A DNA stretch of 37,822 nucleotides. Source: Pirellulaceae bacterium (lineage in GTDB: Bacteria > Planctomycetota > Planctomycetia > Pirellulales > Pirellulaceae). The number at the start of each line of letters is the position of its first letter. Positions within the stretch are counted from its first letter, which is position 1. A model generated the notes under the pieces. That model had not been told where the DNA came from, ran no database searches, and saw only the letters and a list, made by a program, of their open reading frames with translations. Below, in pieces: positions 18,703 through 26,974 of this stretch. Made by a program: the position numbers and the translations under genes. The stretch is taken from NCBI GenBank assembly GCA_031373875.1, contig JANMNK010000437.1, positions 1-37,822 of the forward strand, written 5' to 3'.

Positions 18703-21076
18703 TCGTTTCATTCTTAATTGGATATTAGTAGGAAATTGTTTCGTGTGGACGTTTGACCCAAAAATCCCAATCGGCTTATGGTGGGCTCTGGCAGCATTGT
18801 CCGTGCTGATCATCGTCGGCTATTTTCTTCGACGCGACTGGACGCTGTCTGTAGGCCGTCAATGGCTTATTGGAATGCTGTGGTCGCTTGGATTGCTTGG
18901 GCCTTTGCTCATTGCATTGAATCCCATTCGCGTCGAAACCATCCCTCCAATCCCTGGTAGTCCAGTACTTGGCGTCCTTGTTGATGGGACAATGAGCATG
19001 GCAACTGCGGATTTGAACGAAGGCCGGCAGACACGATGGCAAGCTGCTTTGGAGGCTGCAAAATCCGTCGTGCCCAAGGTTTCGTTGCTCGCCGATGAAT
19101 CTAAGGTCGAAGTGCGTTCGCAAGTCTTCGACGATCAGTTGCATGCTCTCCAAGAGACACAACGCGACCGCTGGCCTCGCGGCAATCGGAGTGACGTTGC
19201 CAATGCTCTTCGCACAGAAGTCCGCAAATCAAATTTGGCGGGCCATGCCGTGTTGCTGATCAGCGACGGCGCGCACAATGCCGGTTCCATGGAGAGTTTG
19301 CTGGCGGTTGCTCAGGAAGCGAAAGCAATGGACGTACCCATCTACACAATCACGCTTGGCGGTTCCGTCAATTCTAAAAACTTATCGCTTGCAGCGCGAT
19401 CGCCGAAGATGATTGCATTCCCAAATAATCCCATCATCATTCGTATCCGACTAGGGAATTCCGGATTTCATGGCGCTTCGGCAAAACTGACGCTGTTTCG
19501 AGACGACGTTCCTATTCAGAACAAGCTGGTCAAGCTAGGGACTGACTCCAATCAGGAGGTCGTTTTCAACCTGGAAAAGATACCCAAAGATGTTTTGCAG
19601 CGGTATCAAATCGTCGCCGAACCGCTCGAAGGCGAAGCGTCCGATGCCGACAATCGTACATCCGTGACCGTACAGCGACTCGACAATCCGATTGGCGTCC
19701 TCGTGCTCGAAGGCAAACCCTATTGGGACAGCAAATTCCTCATCCGCAACTTGAGTGGCGACCCCATGGTTCAACTGACTAGCTTGATCCAAATCGCGCA
19801 GAATCGATTCTTGATGAAAAAGAATCCCAGACATCAAGGCCTCGCCCCAACTTCCGAGACGTCTGAGCAAACGGGTTCGGTATCGACCGTCGACGATGAT
19901 TCGAATCCGGTAGCAGGCAGCGACTGGCGAATTGAACAAAATCTCAAGTCGCCACTTGAGGACGCCGCGCTATTGCGGCAATATCGCTTGATTGTATTGG
20001 GACGAGATGCCGAGGTATTCTTGACCGACACCGGTTTGCAGAATCTTAGACAATGGATTCTTCAGGAAGGTGGCTGCCTACTATGTTCCAGAGGTGCACC
20101 TACAAATCAGACCATGGCAAAACTTGCTGACATCCTGCCAGTGAGATGGTCATCAGGCATTGAGTCCCGCTTTCGTTCCAAGATATCTCAATACGGTCAC
20201 GATTCGGCAATCTTCGATTCGATTGTTGATGATGGCGGCGATCCCCTCACGAATTTGCCTTCGTTAGAAATGAATGCAATCCCAAAAACTCGTTTGGGCC
20301 TACCCCAAGTGCTTGTTCAAAGCACACGCGATCAAGATGGTCAAGTGATACCGATCGTCAGCAATCAGCCGTATGGTAGCGGACAGACAATTGTCGTCGA
20401 AGGGTCCGGCATGTGGCGTTGGGCATTTCTGCCCCCTCAGCACGCCGCCAACGACAATATTTATCCAGCACTCTGGCAATCGCTCGTCCAATGGGTAATT
20501 TCCCAACAAGATTTTCTACCCGGCCAAGATGTTGCAATCCGAAGCGACCGTCCAACTTTTCTCTCAGGCGATTCGGCCGGGGCGACGGTCATCGCCCGTC
20601 CGAACAGCGAATTGCAGGGAAAAATTGAATCCAATGATTTCCAAGTGTTACTCGATGGTGGCAAAATGATACTGCCAAAGCGGTTGCCATTGATTCGCTT
20701 TGACGATGATAAAAATGTTTTTCGAGTGGACTTTGGTACATTGGATGTGGGATATTACGAAGCACGGGTCGTGTCGGGGCAAACGGATACAACTTTGGCG
20801 GAAACTTCCATGGAGGTTCGCGACCCTTGGTTCGAACGCCTCGAAGTGGACGCCAGACCGGACGTATTGAAACGCGTTTCCCAGATTAGCGGGGGCAAAG
20901 TTCTTGAGCCGTCGGAAGCGGCAACCGTGATCGAGACGTTTCAAAAGAAATTGGAAGCTGCAAGGCCGAACAAGTTCACAAAGCGTAGCATATGGGACAA
21001 GCCTACGATCTTGTTGCTGGTGCTCGCCACTTGGGTAACGCTGTGGATCGTTCGCCGTCAAAGTGGGCTTGTCTAA
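18677..21076 (+). CDS. VWA-domain membrane protein (N-terminal TM pair, VWA, GATase1-like middle region, C-terminal TM)
   Basis: TMs WWALAALSVLIIVGYFL and LIGMLWSLGLLGPLLIAL. VWA with MIDAS variant GVLVDGTMSM and LLISDGAHN...PIYTITLGG. IGVLVLEGKPYWDSKFL block. C-terminal anchor ILLLVLATWVTLWIV. Start is uncertain (GTG 18677 or GTG 18743). Confidence 0.8.
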   Translation: MRFDGFAVDRFILNWILVGNCFVWTFDPKIPIGLWWALAALSVLIIVGYFLRRDWTLSVGRQWLIGMLWSLGLLGPLLIALNPIRVETIPPIPGSPVLGVLVDGTMSMATADLNEGRQTRWQAALEAAKSVVPKVSLLADESKVEVRSQVFDDQLHALQETQRDRWPRGNRSDVANALRTEVRKSNLAGHAVLLISDGAHNAGSMESLLAVAQEAKAMDVPIYTITLGGSVNSKNLSLAARSPKMIAFPNNPIIIRIRLGNSGFHGASAKLTLFRDDVPIQNKLVKLGTDSNQEVVFNLEKIPKDVLQRYQIVAEPLEGEASDADNRTSVTVQRLDNPIGVLVLEGKPYWDSKFLIRNLSGDPMVQLTSLIQIAQNRFLMKKNPRHQGLAPTSETSEQTGSVSTVDDDSNPVAGSDWRIEQNLKSPLEDAALLRQYRLIVLGRDAEVFLTDTGLQNLRQWILQEGGCLLCSRGAPTNQTMAKLADILPVRWSSGIESRFRSKISQYGHDSAIFDSIVDDGGDPLTNLPSLEMNAIPKTRLGLPQVLVQSTRDQDGQVIPIVSNQPYGSGQTIVVEGSGMWRWAFLPPQHAANDNIYPALWQSLVQWVISQQDFLPGQDVAIRSDRPTFLSGDSAGATVIARPNSELQGKIESNDFQVLLDGGKMILPKRLPLIRFDDDKNVFRVDFGTLDVGYYEARVVSGQTDTTLAETSMEVRDPWFERLEVDARPDVLKRVSQISGGKVLEPSEAATVIETFQKKLEAARPNKFTKRSIWDKPTILLLVLATWVTLWIVRRQSGLV

Positions 21077-21092
21077 ACGTAAGAGGTAATTC

Positions 21093-23975
21093 ATGGCGCA
21101 AGCTGTAGGCTCCTGGCAGAATCAAAGTATTCCTTCGCTTATCGCGCCCTTTCGACGCCGGACTCTCTTGATCGAGTGTGCGCGAATCGCATTGACAGCT
21201 TGTGCGATCGCTGTGCTGGCGTTGTTACTGACAATGTGGCTCGATTTGATTTGGGCGCTGCCAGCTACCGCGCGATGGATAGTAATGCGTTTGGGAGGCA
21301 TCTCTATTTTTATTGCCGCTTGCTCGGTTCTGTACTTTCGAATCCAGCGATCAAGTATTTCGAATCTTGCCATCTCAATCGATGAGCGAGCTGGTACGGG
21401 TGGACAAGTCCTAGCGGGTCTGGAATTGGAGAAAGGAGATGGCTCGGGAACGTCGTCCATTACAAGTGGACTAGCTGCAATTGCTGCAAGCCAAGCGCGG
21501 AATCGACTGTCGAGAATTGCTCCTTCATCGGTATTGCCCCTCAAGCCCGCGCAAAGGCCTCTTATCGCCTTAGTAATCAGCCTAATAGTTATGGCATTGC
21601 TGGCGGCGATCATGCCCACGTTAGCCTGGAATCAAATTCAACGGTTTCTCTTTCCTTCACGGGATGTGCCGCCGTATACGGGCGTCGTGATTGCAATAGA
21701 ACCCATGGAAGCTGCTGTGCGTTATGGTGAAGACTTGTCTGTCAAAGCAATCGTTGAAAGCGGTAATGTCGAGCGAATGCAATTGGTGACTATCGCCGAT
21801 GGAAATGAGCGAGTCATACCAATGCTGCCTGAAGAAAAAGGTACTTGGCAAGCGATCTTAATTCGGGTCACAGAGTCAATGGACCTATACGCTCGCAGTG
21901 GAGCGTCTCGATCAAGCCTAGCCCACATCCATGTCGCCTTGACTCCAAAATTCGAAAGCGTTCGAGTCCGTATCACACCGCCGGAATACACGCATCGAGC
22001 TATCTACGAAGAGCCCATTTCGGCTGATGGCATCATGGGCTTGGCCGGAACTCGCGTCGAATTTTTTGCGAGGAGCAATCGGCCGCTGTCATCTGGTCAG
22101 CTTCGTTTGCTCCTTGACAAATCGGGGGATCTTTTAGTCCCGCTCCAGCCCATGAAATCAGGGGCTGCGGAAAATACTGTGGCCGGTGAACCGAACGAGG
22201 TGAGCGGAGCTTATGCACTTACCGAATCGGGCTCCTTCTCGCTGACCGTAACCGATATCGCAGGAACAAACTCCACAGACAAAATAGAAGGCAAGATCAC
22301 CGTCGTACCCGATCAGCGTCCCATCGTTCGCATTCTCGAGCCAAAGCCCTATTCCCTAGCCACGCCCGATATCCAGTTGCCGGTGGTGATTGCTGCCGAA
22401 GACGACTACGGAATTGAATCCCTCGAAGTATTCCGTTCTCTCAACGGTTCTATTCCAACACCCATGCCGCTGCCAGTCGACGGCGGACCGCGTCAAAATA
22501 ATCGCTTCGAATTGCCTTTACCAAATTACGGTTTGGAACCCGGCGACGAAATCAGATTGTTCGCGAGAGCCGAAGACAATGACCCGCACGGCCCTAAAGG
22601 TTCCGAGTCCCCCGTAACGATCATCCATATAATTTCCACCCAAGAATTTCAAGAGATGATGCTCGAGCGAGAAGGTGCCGAGAGCATGCAAGCGAAATAC
22701 AATGCGGCTCAACGCCATCTAGAAAACTTTGCTGAAGCTATTCGACAAGCCACCGAAGCGGCCAAGAACGCAGAAACTGCCGCATCGACGAACCCAACCG
22801 CCGAGTCCGATCAAGCAAACCAGGAACTCAATCAAAAACTAAACGATGCGCAAAAAGCGGCTTCCCAAGCAGCCCAAGCCATGGAAGAAATGTCGAAGCA
22901 AGCAATGCCGATCGACGTCGATCAAGACTTGGCCAAGGAATTGGAGGAGATGGCAAAGCAGACGGCCGAGCTTGCCGAAAAATTGAAACAAATGGCCAAA
23001 GATCAAGCAGGCAATCGACCTTTGAGCGAAGGGGAAACCAAGAGCTTAGAATCGATGGCTCAAGACACCAAACAGAATCGCGATGATCTTCAACAAAAGG
23101 CGCTCGAGCCACTGGACACCATGCAGGCTGCATTACCCCTGATGTTGGCCGAAGATACTTTCCGGCAGTTGGTCGAACAACAGCGTGATCTCTCAGAACG
23201 CCTTGAAGGCCTCAAAAGCAATGAAAATCCAAGAGACGAAAAAAACCAGCGACGCGTCTCGGAACTCGAAGCCGAGCAGGAGCAACTCAGACAATCTCTC
23301 GATCAGTTGCTGGATCAGATTGAAGAGCAAGCCGATATATTACCCGACTCCGAAGACCTATCCGAGTTGAAATCAACAGCTCAGGAGTTTGCCCAAGCCG
23401 TTCGCGATAGCGATGCCATGAAGGAAATGGCAGACGCTCAGCAAGCATTACTGTCAGACGATTTTCAACAAGCATCCCAAAGCGCCGACTCTGCCGCTGA
23501 CATTCTTGAGAAGTTTATAAAGCAATGCAATGAAATGTCTCAAGCAGGCGAAAAGGCTTGTAAAATGAAATTCAGCCCTTCGCAAGGTGGTAAAGGCCTA
23601 GGAAAGTCACTCGATCAGATTCGCCAGATGATGAAAAAAGGAAACAAGCCAGGCTCGTCTCAGGGACTAGGTAAGGGCAGCAAGCCGAGCAACGGATACT
23701 CCCAACGATCTCCCGGTCCTCAAAATGTAGGAATGTACGGAGCGACACCGTCGTCGCCCCCTCCCCAATCGCAACGAGGCCAAAGCAACAAAGTCTCCAA
23801 AGGTACTGCGACCGTCAGCAGTTCGTCGGACGTTCGGCGTGGAAACAACGAGCAAGAATCCGATGGCAAAGGATCAGGTGGGGGACAGAATGACGCGCGA
23901 GTCCCAAGCCAATATCGAAATCAAGTCCAAGAATACTTTCGCCGTATCAGCGAACAATTAGGAGACAAGCAATGA
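21093..23975 (+). CDS. Large membrane-anchored protein, DUF4175-like: 3 N-terminal TMs, Ig-like repeats, long coiled coil, low-complexity tail
   Basis: TMs IALTACAIAVLALLLTMWL, GGISIFIAACSVLYF and LIALVISLIVMALLAAIM. Block RPIVRILEPKP...VIAAEDDYGIESLEV. E/Q/A/K-rich heptad-like region at about 22631-23570. G/S/P/Q/K tail, ending VPSQYRNQVQEYFRRISEQL. Confidence 0.75.
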   Translation: MAQAVGSWQNQSIPSLIAPFRRRTLLIECARIALTACAIAVLALLLTMWLDLIWALPATARWIVMRLGGISIFIAACSVLYFRIQRSSISNLAISIDERAGTGGQVLAGLELEKGDGSGTSSITSGLAAIAASQARNRLSRIAPSSVLPLKPAQRPLIALVISLIVMALLAAIMPTLAWNQIQRFLFPSRDVPPYTGVVIAIEPMEAAVRYGEDLSVKAIVESGNVERMQLVTIADGNERVIPMLPEEKGTWQAILIRVTESMDLYARSGASRSSLAHIHVALTPKFESVRVRITPPEYTHRAIYEEPISADGIMGLAGTRVEFFARSNRPLSSGQLRLLLDKSGDLLVPLQPMKSGAAENTVAGEPNEVSGAYALTESGSFSLTVTDIAGTNSTDKIEGKITVVPDQRPIVRILEPKPYSLATPDIQLPVVIAAEDDYGIESLEVFRSLNGSIPTPMPLPVDGGPRQNNRFELPLPNYGLEPGDEIRLFARAEDNDPHGPKGSESPVTIIHIISTQEFQEMMLEREGAESMQAKYNAAQRHLENFAEAIRQATEAAKNAETAASTNPTAESDQANQELNQKLNDAQKAASQAAQAMEEMSKQAMPIDVDQDLAKELEEMAKQTAELAEKLKQMAKDQAGNRPLSEGETKSLESMAQDTKQNRDDLQQKALEPLDTMQAALPLMLAEDTFRQLVEQQRDLSERLEGLKSNENPRDEKNQRRVSELEAEQEQLRQSLDQLLDQIEEQADILPDSEDLSELKSTAQEFAQAVRDSDAMKEMADAQQALLSDDFQQASQSADSAADILEKFIKQCNEMSQAGEKACKMKFSPSQGGKGLGKSLDQIRQMMKKGNKPGSSQGLGKGSKPSNGYSQRSPGPQNVGMYGATPSSPPPQSQRGQSNKVSKGTATVSSSSDVRRGNNEQESDGKGSGGGQNDARVPSQYRNQVQEYFRRISEQLGDKQ

Positions 23976-24700
23976 GTTCTTTACTTCCTCGAAAAATGCT
24001 GTCGCTTGTTCAACTAGTTATTTGCACGTGCGCGATCACGCTAACACCCGTATTTGGTTTCGCGTCAGATGACGACAAGAAAACGGTAGCCGATCCTGCC
24101 AGCATTGGGGGCGAAGCATCGAGTGTGGTGCAAGTTGCGAATTTAATATACGCGGGCACCAAAACCAGTGAGTGCTTTTCGGATCACTTCCTTCAACGCG
24201 CCGAGAGAGATTCGTCGATCACGACTAGTCGTCGCTTGCATTCCGTTAAGCTCGCTTCCGAAGAGATCTACGCGTTTCCGTTGTTGATCATGACGGGCGA
24301 AGGCGAGTTCAAATTGCTCGCCGAAGAACGAGAAAACTTGCGGCGGTTTATTGAACGCGGCGGTTTCTTGCTGGCTTCTTCTGGCTGTTCTTCCGTCGAA
24401 TGGAATCAATCCTTCCGACGAGAAATGGCGCAGATTTTTGCTGACCGGCGATTAGAGAAGATCGGACAAGATCACCTCATCTTCCATACGGCTTACGACA
24501 TCGGCGAGCTACAGGCCAAGAACGGAACGCCGCAACCGCTCGAAGGAATTCATTTCGGAAAACGTTTAGGCGTGCTGTATTCGCAGGACGGCCTTAACGA
24601 TACTTCCAATACGGTCGGGTGTTGTTGCTGCGGCGGGAACGAAATCACGAATGCAGAACAAGTCAACGTAAACATCCTTATCTACAGTCTGCTTCACTAA
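23972..24700 (+). CDS. DUF4159 domain protein, secreted
   Basis: ATGA overlap with the upstream stop. Signal peptide LVQLVICTCAITLTPVFGFA. DUF4159-like core FPLLIMTGEGEFKLLAEERENLRRFIERGGFLLASSGC. C-terminal GCCCCGG and NILIYSLLH. Confidence 0.8.
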   Translation: MSSLLPRKMLSLVQLVICTCAITLTPVFGFASDDDKKTVADPASIGGEASSVVQVANLIYAGTKTSECFSDHFLQRAERDSSITTSRRLHSVKLASEEIYAFPLLIMTGEGEFKLLAEERENLRRFIERGGFLLASSGCSSVEWNQSFRREMAQIFADRRLEKIGQDHLIFHTAYDIGELQAKNGTPQPLEGIHFGKRLGVLYSQDGLNDTSNTVGCCCCGGNEITNAEQVNVNILIYSLLH

Positions 24701-24727
24701 CGAGTTCCATTTTCGAATGCACGGCAA

Positions 24728-26092
24728 GTGATCAAAGTAAAAACTAAAAACGCTGTTTCTATTTTGGTGCGTTTGCGATCGGCGCTAGTTGTGGCCCTGA
24801 TTGCGTCCTTTGGCACGGGATGCTCCACGAAGTCGTCTCCGCGCACTGCGACAATTTTTGTAAGTGGAGATACTGCAGGGTGGATAACGCCTTGCGGGTG
24901 TGCCGCGAATCAATCGGGAGGATTACCGCGCCGCGCCACCTTGATCCGGGGTGCGGGAAGCAACGACAAAGTATTGTTGCTCGACGCAGGGGGCTCGGCT
25001 TCGGGTACCAGCGAATACCATCTCATCAAACTACAGGCCATTCTGAACGGGTATCGCTCGATGAACTTAGCCGCACACAACATCGGCGGTCCCGAATCAG
25101 CGTTGAGTCCCGTTGAACTCAAGAAGCTTGCCGACGACTCCGGGGTAACGTGGGTTTCGGCGAACTTGACCGCCAAGGAATTCGAGGTTCCGAAAAGGAT
25201 CATCGTCGAGCGAGGCGGGATCAAAATCGCCGTTACCGGAGTCGTCGAACCAAGCCGAATAATCAATGGCGATTGGTCGGCAAGCGAGCCGGTCCAGTCC
25301 ATTTTGTCCGCATTTGCAGGTTCGGACGCAGATGTTCGAATCGTTCTGGCGTATTATGACGAGGCCGGACTGAAGAAGCTTGCCGAGTCCTTGCCGGAAA
25401 TCGACTTCATTATTGGAGGCCCGACTGGGCAAGCAATGAATACGACTCAAGTCGGACCCGCTCGAGTGCTTTCGGCAACAAACAAAGGCAAGTTTTTAGC
25501 AAAAATCGAGGTCGCGAAGAAACCTAGTGGTGTTCAAGTCCTTCAATGCGGCCCGGCCGAAGTTCGTGCCGACATCGCTGAAGATGACAAGCAAAATAAA
25601 AACTTGATTCAATACTATGCGACATTGGAAAAACGCAATTTCACGGCAACCGAATCAGGCATTGTACAAACGCTGCACAACGCCAATGCGAATTTCAAAA
25701 TCGCAGGAACAGAATCCTGTACCAAATGCCACACAGACGATCACACTCGATGGGAATCTTCAACACACAGTCAAGCTTGGGGTGTACTCCAGTCCAAAGG
25801 TGCACATGTCGATCCCTACTGTCAGCAATGCCATACTACGGGTTACGCCATTGACGGCGGTTTTCAAGGAATCTCCCTAACACCCAATCGCGTCAATGTT
25901 GGATGCGAAAATTGTCATGGACCATCTGCGTCCCACGCACTCAATCCCAAAAAGAAAACCCCGTTTCAGTCGCGCGAGCAATGCCTGCGCTGTCACGATC
26001 ACGAGAATAGTCCTGAATTTAAATACGATCCCTATTGGATGAAAATCCAACACGGAACCGTAAAAGCTACAGTAAATTCAACACGAGATTAA
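24728..26092 (+). CDS. Putative lipoprotein with a degenerate calcineurin/5'-nucleotidase-like N-domain and a C-terminal tetrahaem (4 x CxxCH) cytochrome c domain
   Basis: N-terminus ...LIASFGTGC (weak lipobox). IFVSGDTAGWITPCGCAANQSGGLPRRATLI...LLLDAGGS. Four haem-c motifs CTKCH, CQQCH, CENCH and CLRCH lie between 25718 and 25996. GTG start. Confidence 0.8.
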   Translation: MIKVKTKNAVSILVRLRSALVVALIASFGTGCSTKSSPRTATIFVSGDTAGWITPCGCAANQSGGLPRRATLIRGAGSNDKVLLLDAGGSASGTSEYHLIKLQAILNGYRSMNLAAHNIGGPESALSPVELKKLADDSGVTWVSANLTAKEFEVPKRIIVERGGIKIAVTGVVEPSRIINGDWSASEPVQSILSAFAGSDADVRIVLAYYDEAGLKKLAESLPEIDFIIGGPTGQAMNTTQVGPARVLSATNKGKFLAKIEVAKKPSGVQVLQCGPAEVRADIAEDDKQNKNLIQYYATLEKRNFTATESGIVQTLHNANANFKIAGTESCTKCHTDDHTRWESSTHSQAWGVLQSKGAHVDPYCQQCHTTGYAIDGGFQGISLTPNRVNVGCENCHGPSASHALNPKKKTPFQSREQCLRCHDHENSPEFKYDPYWMKIQHGTVKATVNSTRD

Positions 26093-26103
26093 AGCGAAGT
26101 TTC

Positions 26104-26961
26104 ATGAACACCACTTTGATTTGGATTCGCGTGGCACTGTGCACTTTTGTCTTTCAGTTGACCTGTCAAGCGCAGCCACCCCGTCCGCCCGTGCTCGACC
26201 CATTTCAGTTGGAAGTCGCTTCCCCTGTACCGCAGGGCAGTGAAGCTGAAATTACTTCCAAAGAGTTTGATCAGGATCCAATCAGACCGTTGATTGATTC
26301 GACTGCACAATCCATTGAATTGCAGACGGATCTGGATACAGCCAAAAAGATCGCACTTGAAAAGTCTCGACCGCTATTTGTTATTTTCGGTGCCTCCTGG
26401 TGCAGTTGGTGCAAGAAACTTGAGGCAGATTTGGACGATGAAGCAGCCGATCCGATCTTTGCAAAGTGGATTGTAGTCGTTCTTGACGCGGATGCAGAAC
26501 CCGAAATAGCATCCGATTTTCAAATTGACTCGCTTCCGAGTTTGCATTTGCTAACGAGTAGTGGCGAACGAGTTGCGTCATTCACGGGATACCAAGAACC
26601 AACCGGCCTCTCTCAGTGGTTAGATGATAATTATGAACTCGCATCGCCGATTCTCCCCGAAATACTGACATCCAAATCAGTTCCCAACGAAGACGATGTA
26701 ACGGAACTCATCGCGTTGCTCGCGACCAAATCGAAAACCCTTCGAGAATTGACTATTCAACGATTAGAAAACACCCGTCCACAAACTTGTTTCGCTGTAG
26801 CGCAGACGTTTTTGGAAGGCCGACTCGTTCAGAAACTGGCAGCCTTGGAAATTTTGAGATCCTGGCAAGCGCCCATCGCTGCGATGGATCCTTGGGTTCC
26901 CGATTCGTTTTCAACGGATGCGGTCGCCGAACTACAAGCGTGGGCAAAACCGATCGATTAA
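26104..26961 (+). CDS. Secreted thioredoxin-fold protein (WCxWC) with a helical-repeat C-terminal domain
   Basis: ATG at 26104 gives the signal peptide MNTTLIWIRVALCTFVFQLTCQA; the longer 26035 start overlaps the upstream gene. Thioredoxin-like LFVIFGASWCSWCKKLEAD at 26398-26412. C-terminus is alpha-helical (LRELTIQRLEN...KLAALEILRSW). Confidence 0.75.
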   Translation: MNTTLIWIRVALCTFVFQLTCQAQPPRPPVLDPFQLEVASPVPQGSEAEITSKEFDQDPIRPLIDSTAQSIELQTDLDTAKKIALEKSRPLFVIFGASWCSWCKKLEADLDDEAADPIFAKWIVVVLDADAEPEIASDFQIDSLPSLHLLTSSGERVASFTGYQEPTGLSQWLDDNYELASPILPEILTSKSVPNEDDVTELIALLATKSKTLRELTIQRLENTRPQTCFAVAQTFLEGRLVQKLAALEILRSWQAPIAAMDPWVPDSFSTDAVAELQAWAKPID

Positions 26962-26974
26962 TCGAATCACATTT

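Noticed and set aside
26035-26103. The longer start for the thioredoxin-fold gene (26035), and the TTG start at 29977 for the lipoprotein gene, which would add a CGRCHC-containing extension.
   Set aside because: The internal ATGs (26104 and 29881) place signal peptides at the N-terminus. The 26104 start also removes a 58-nt overlap with the upstream gene.
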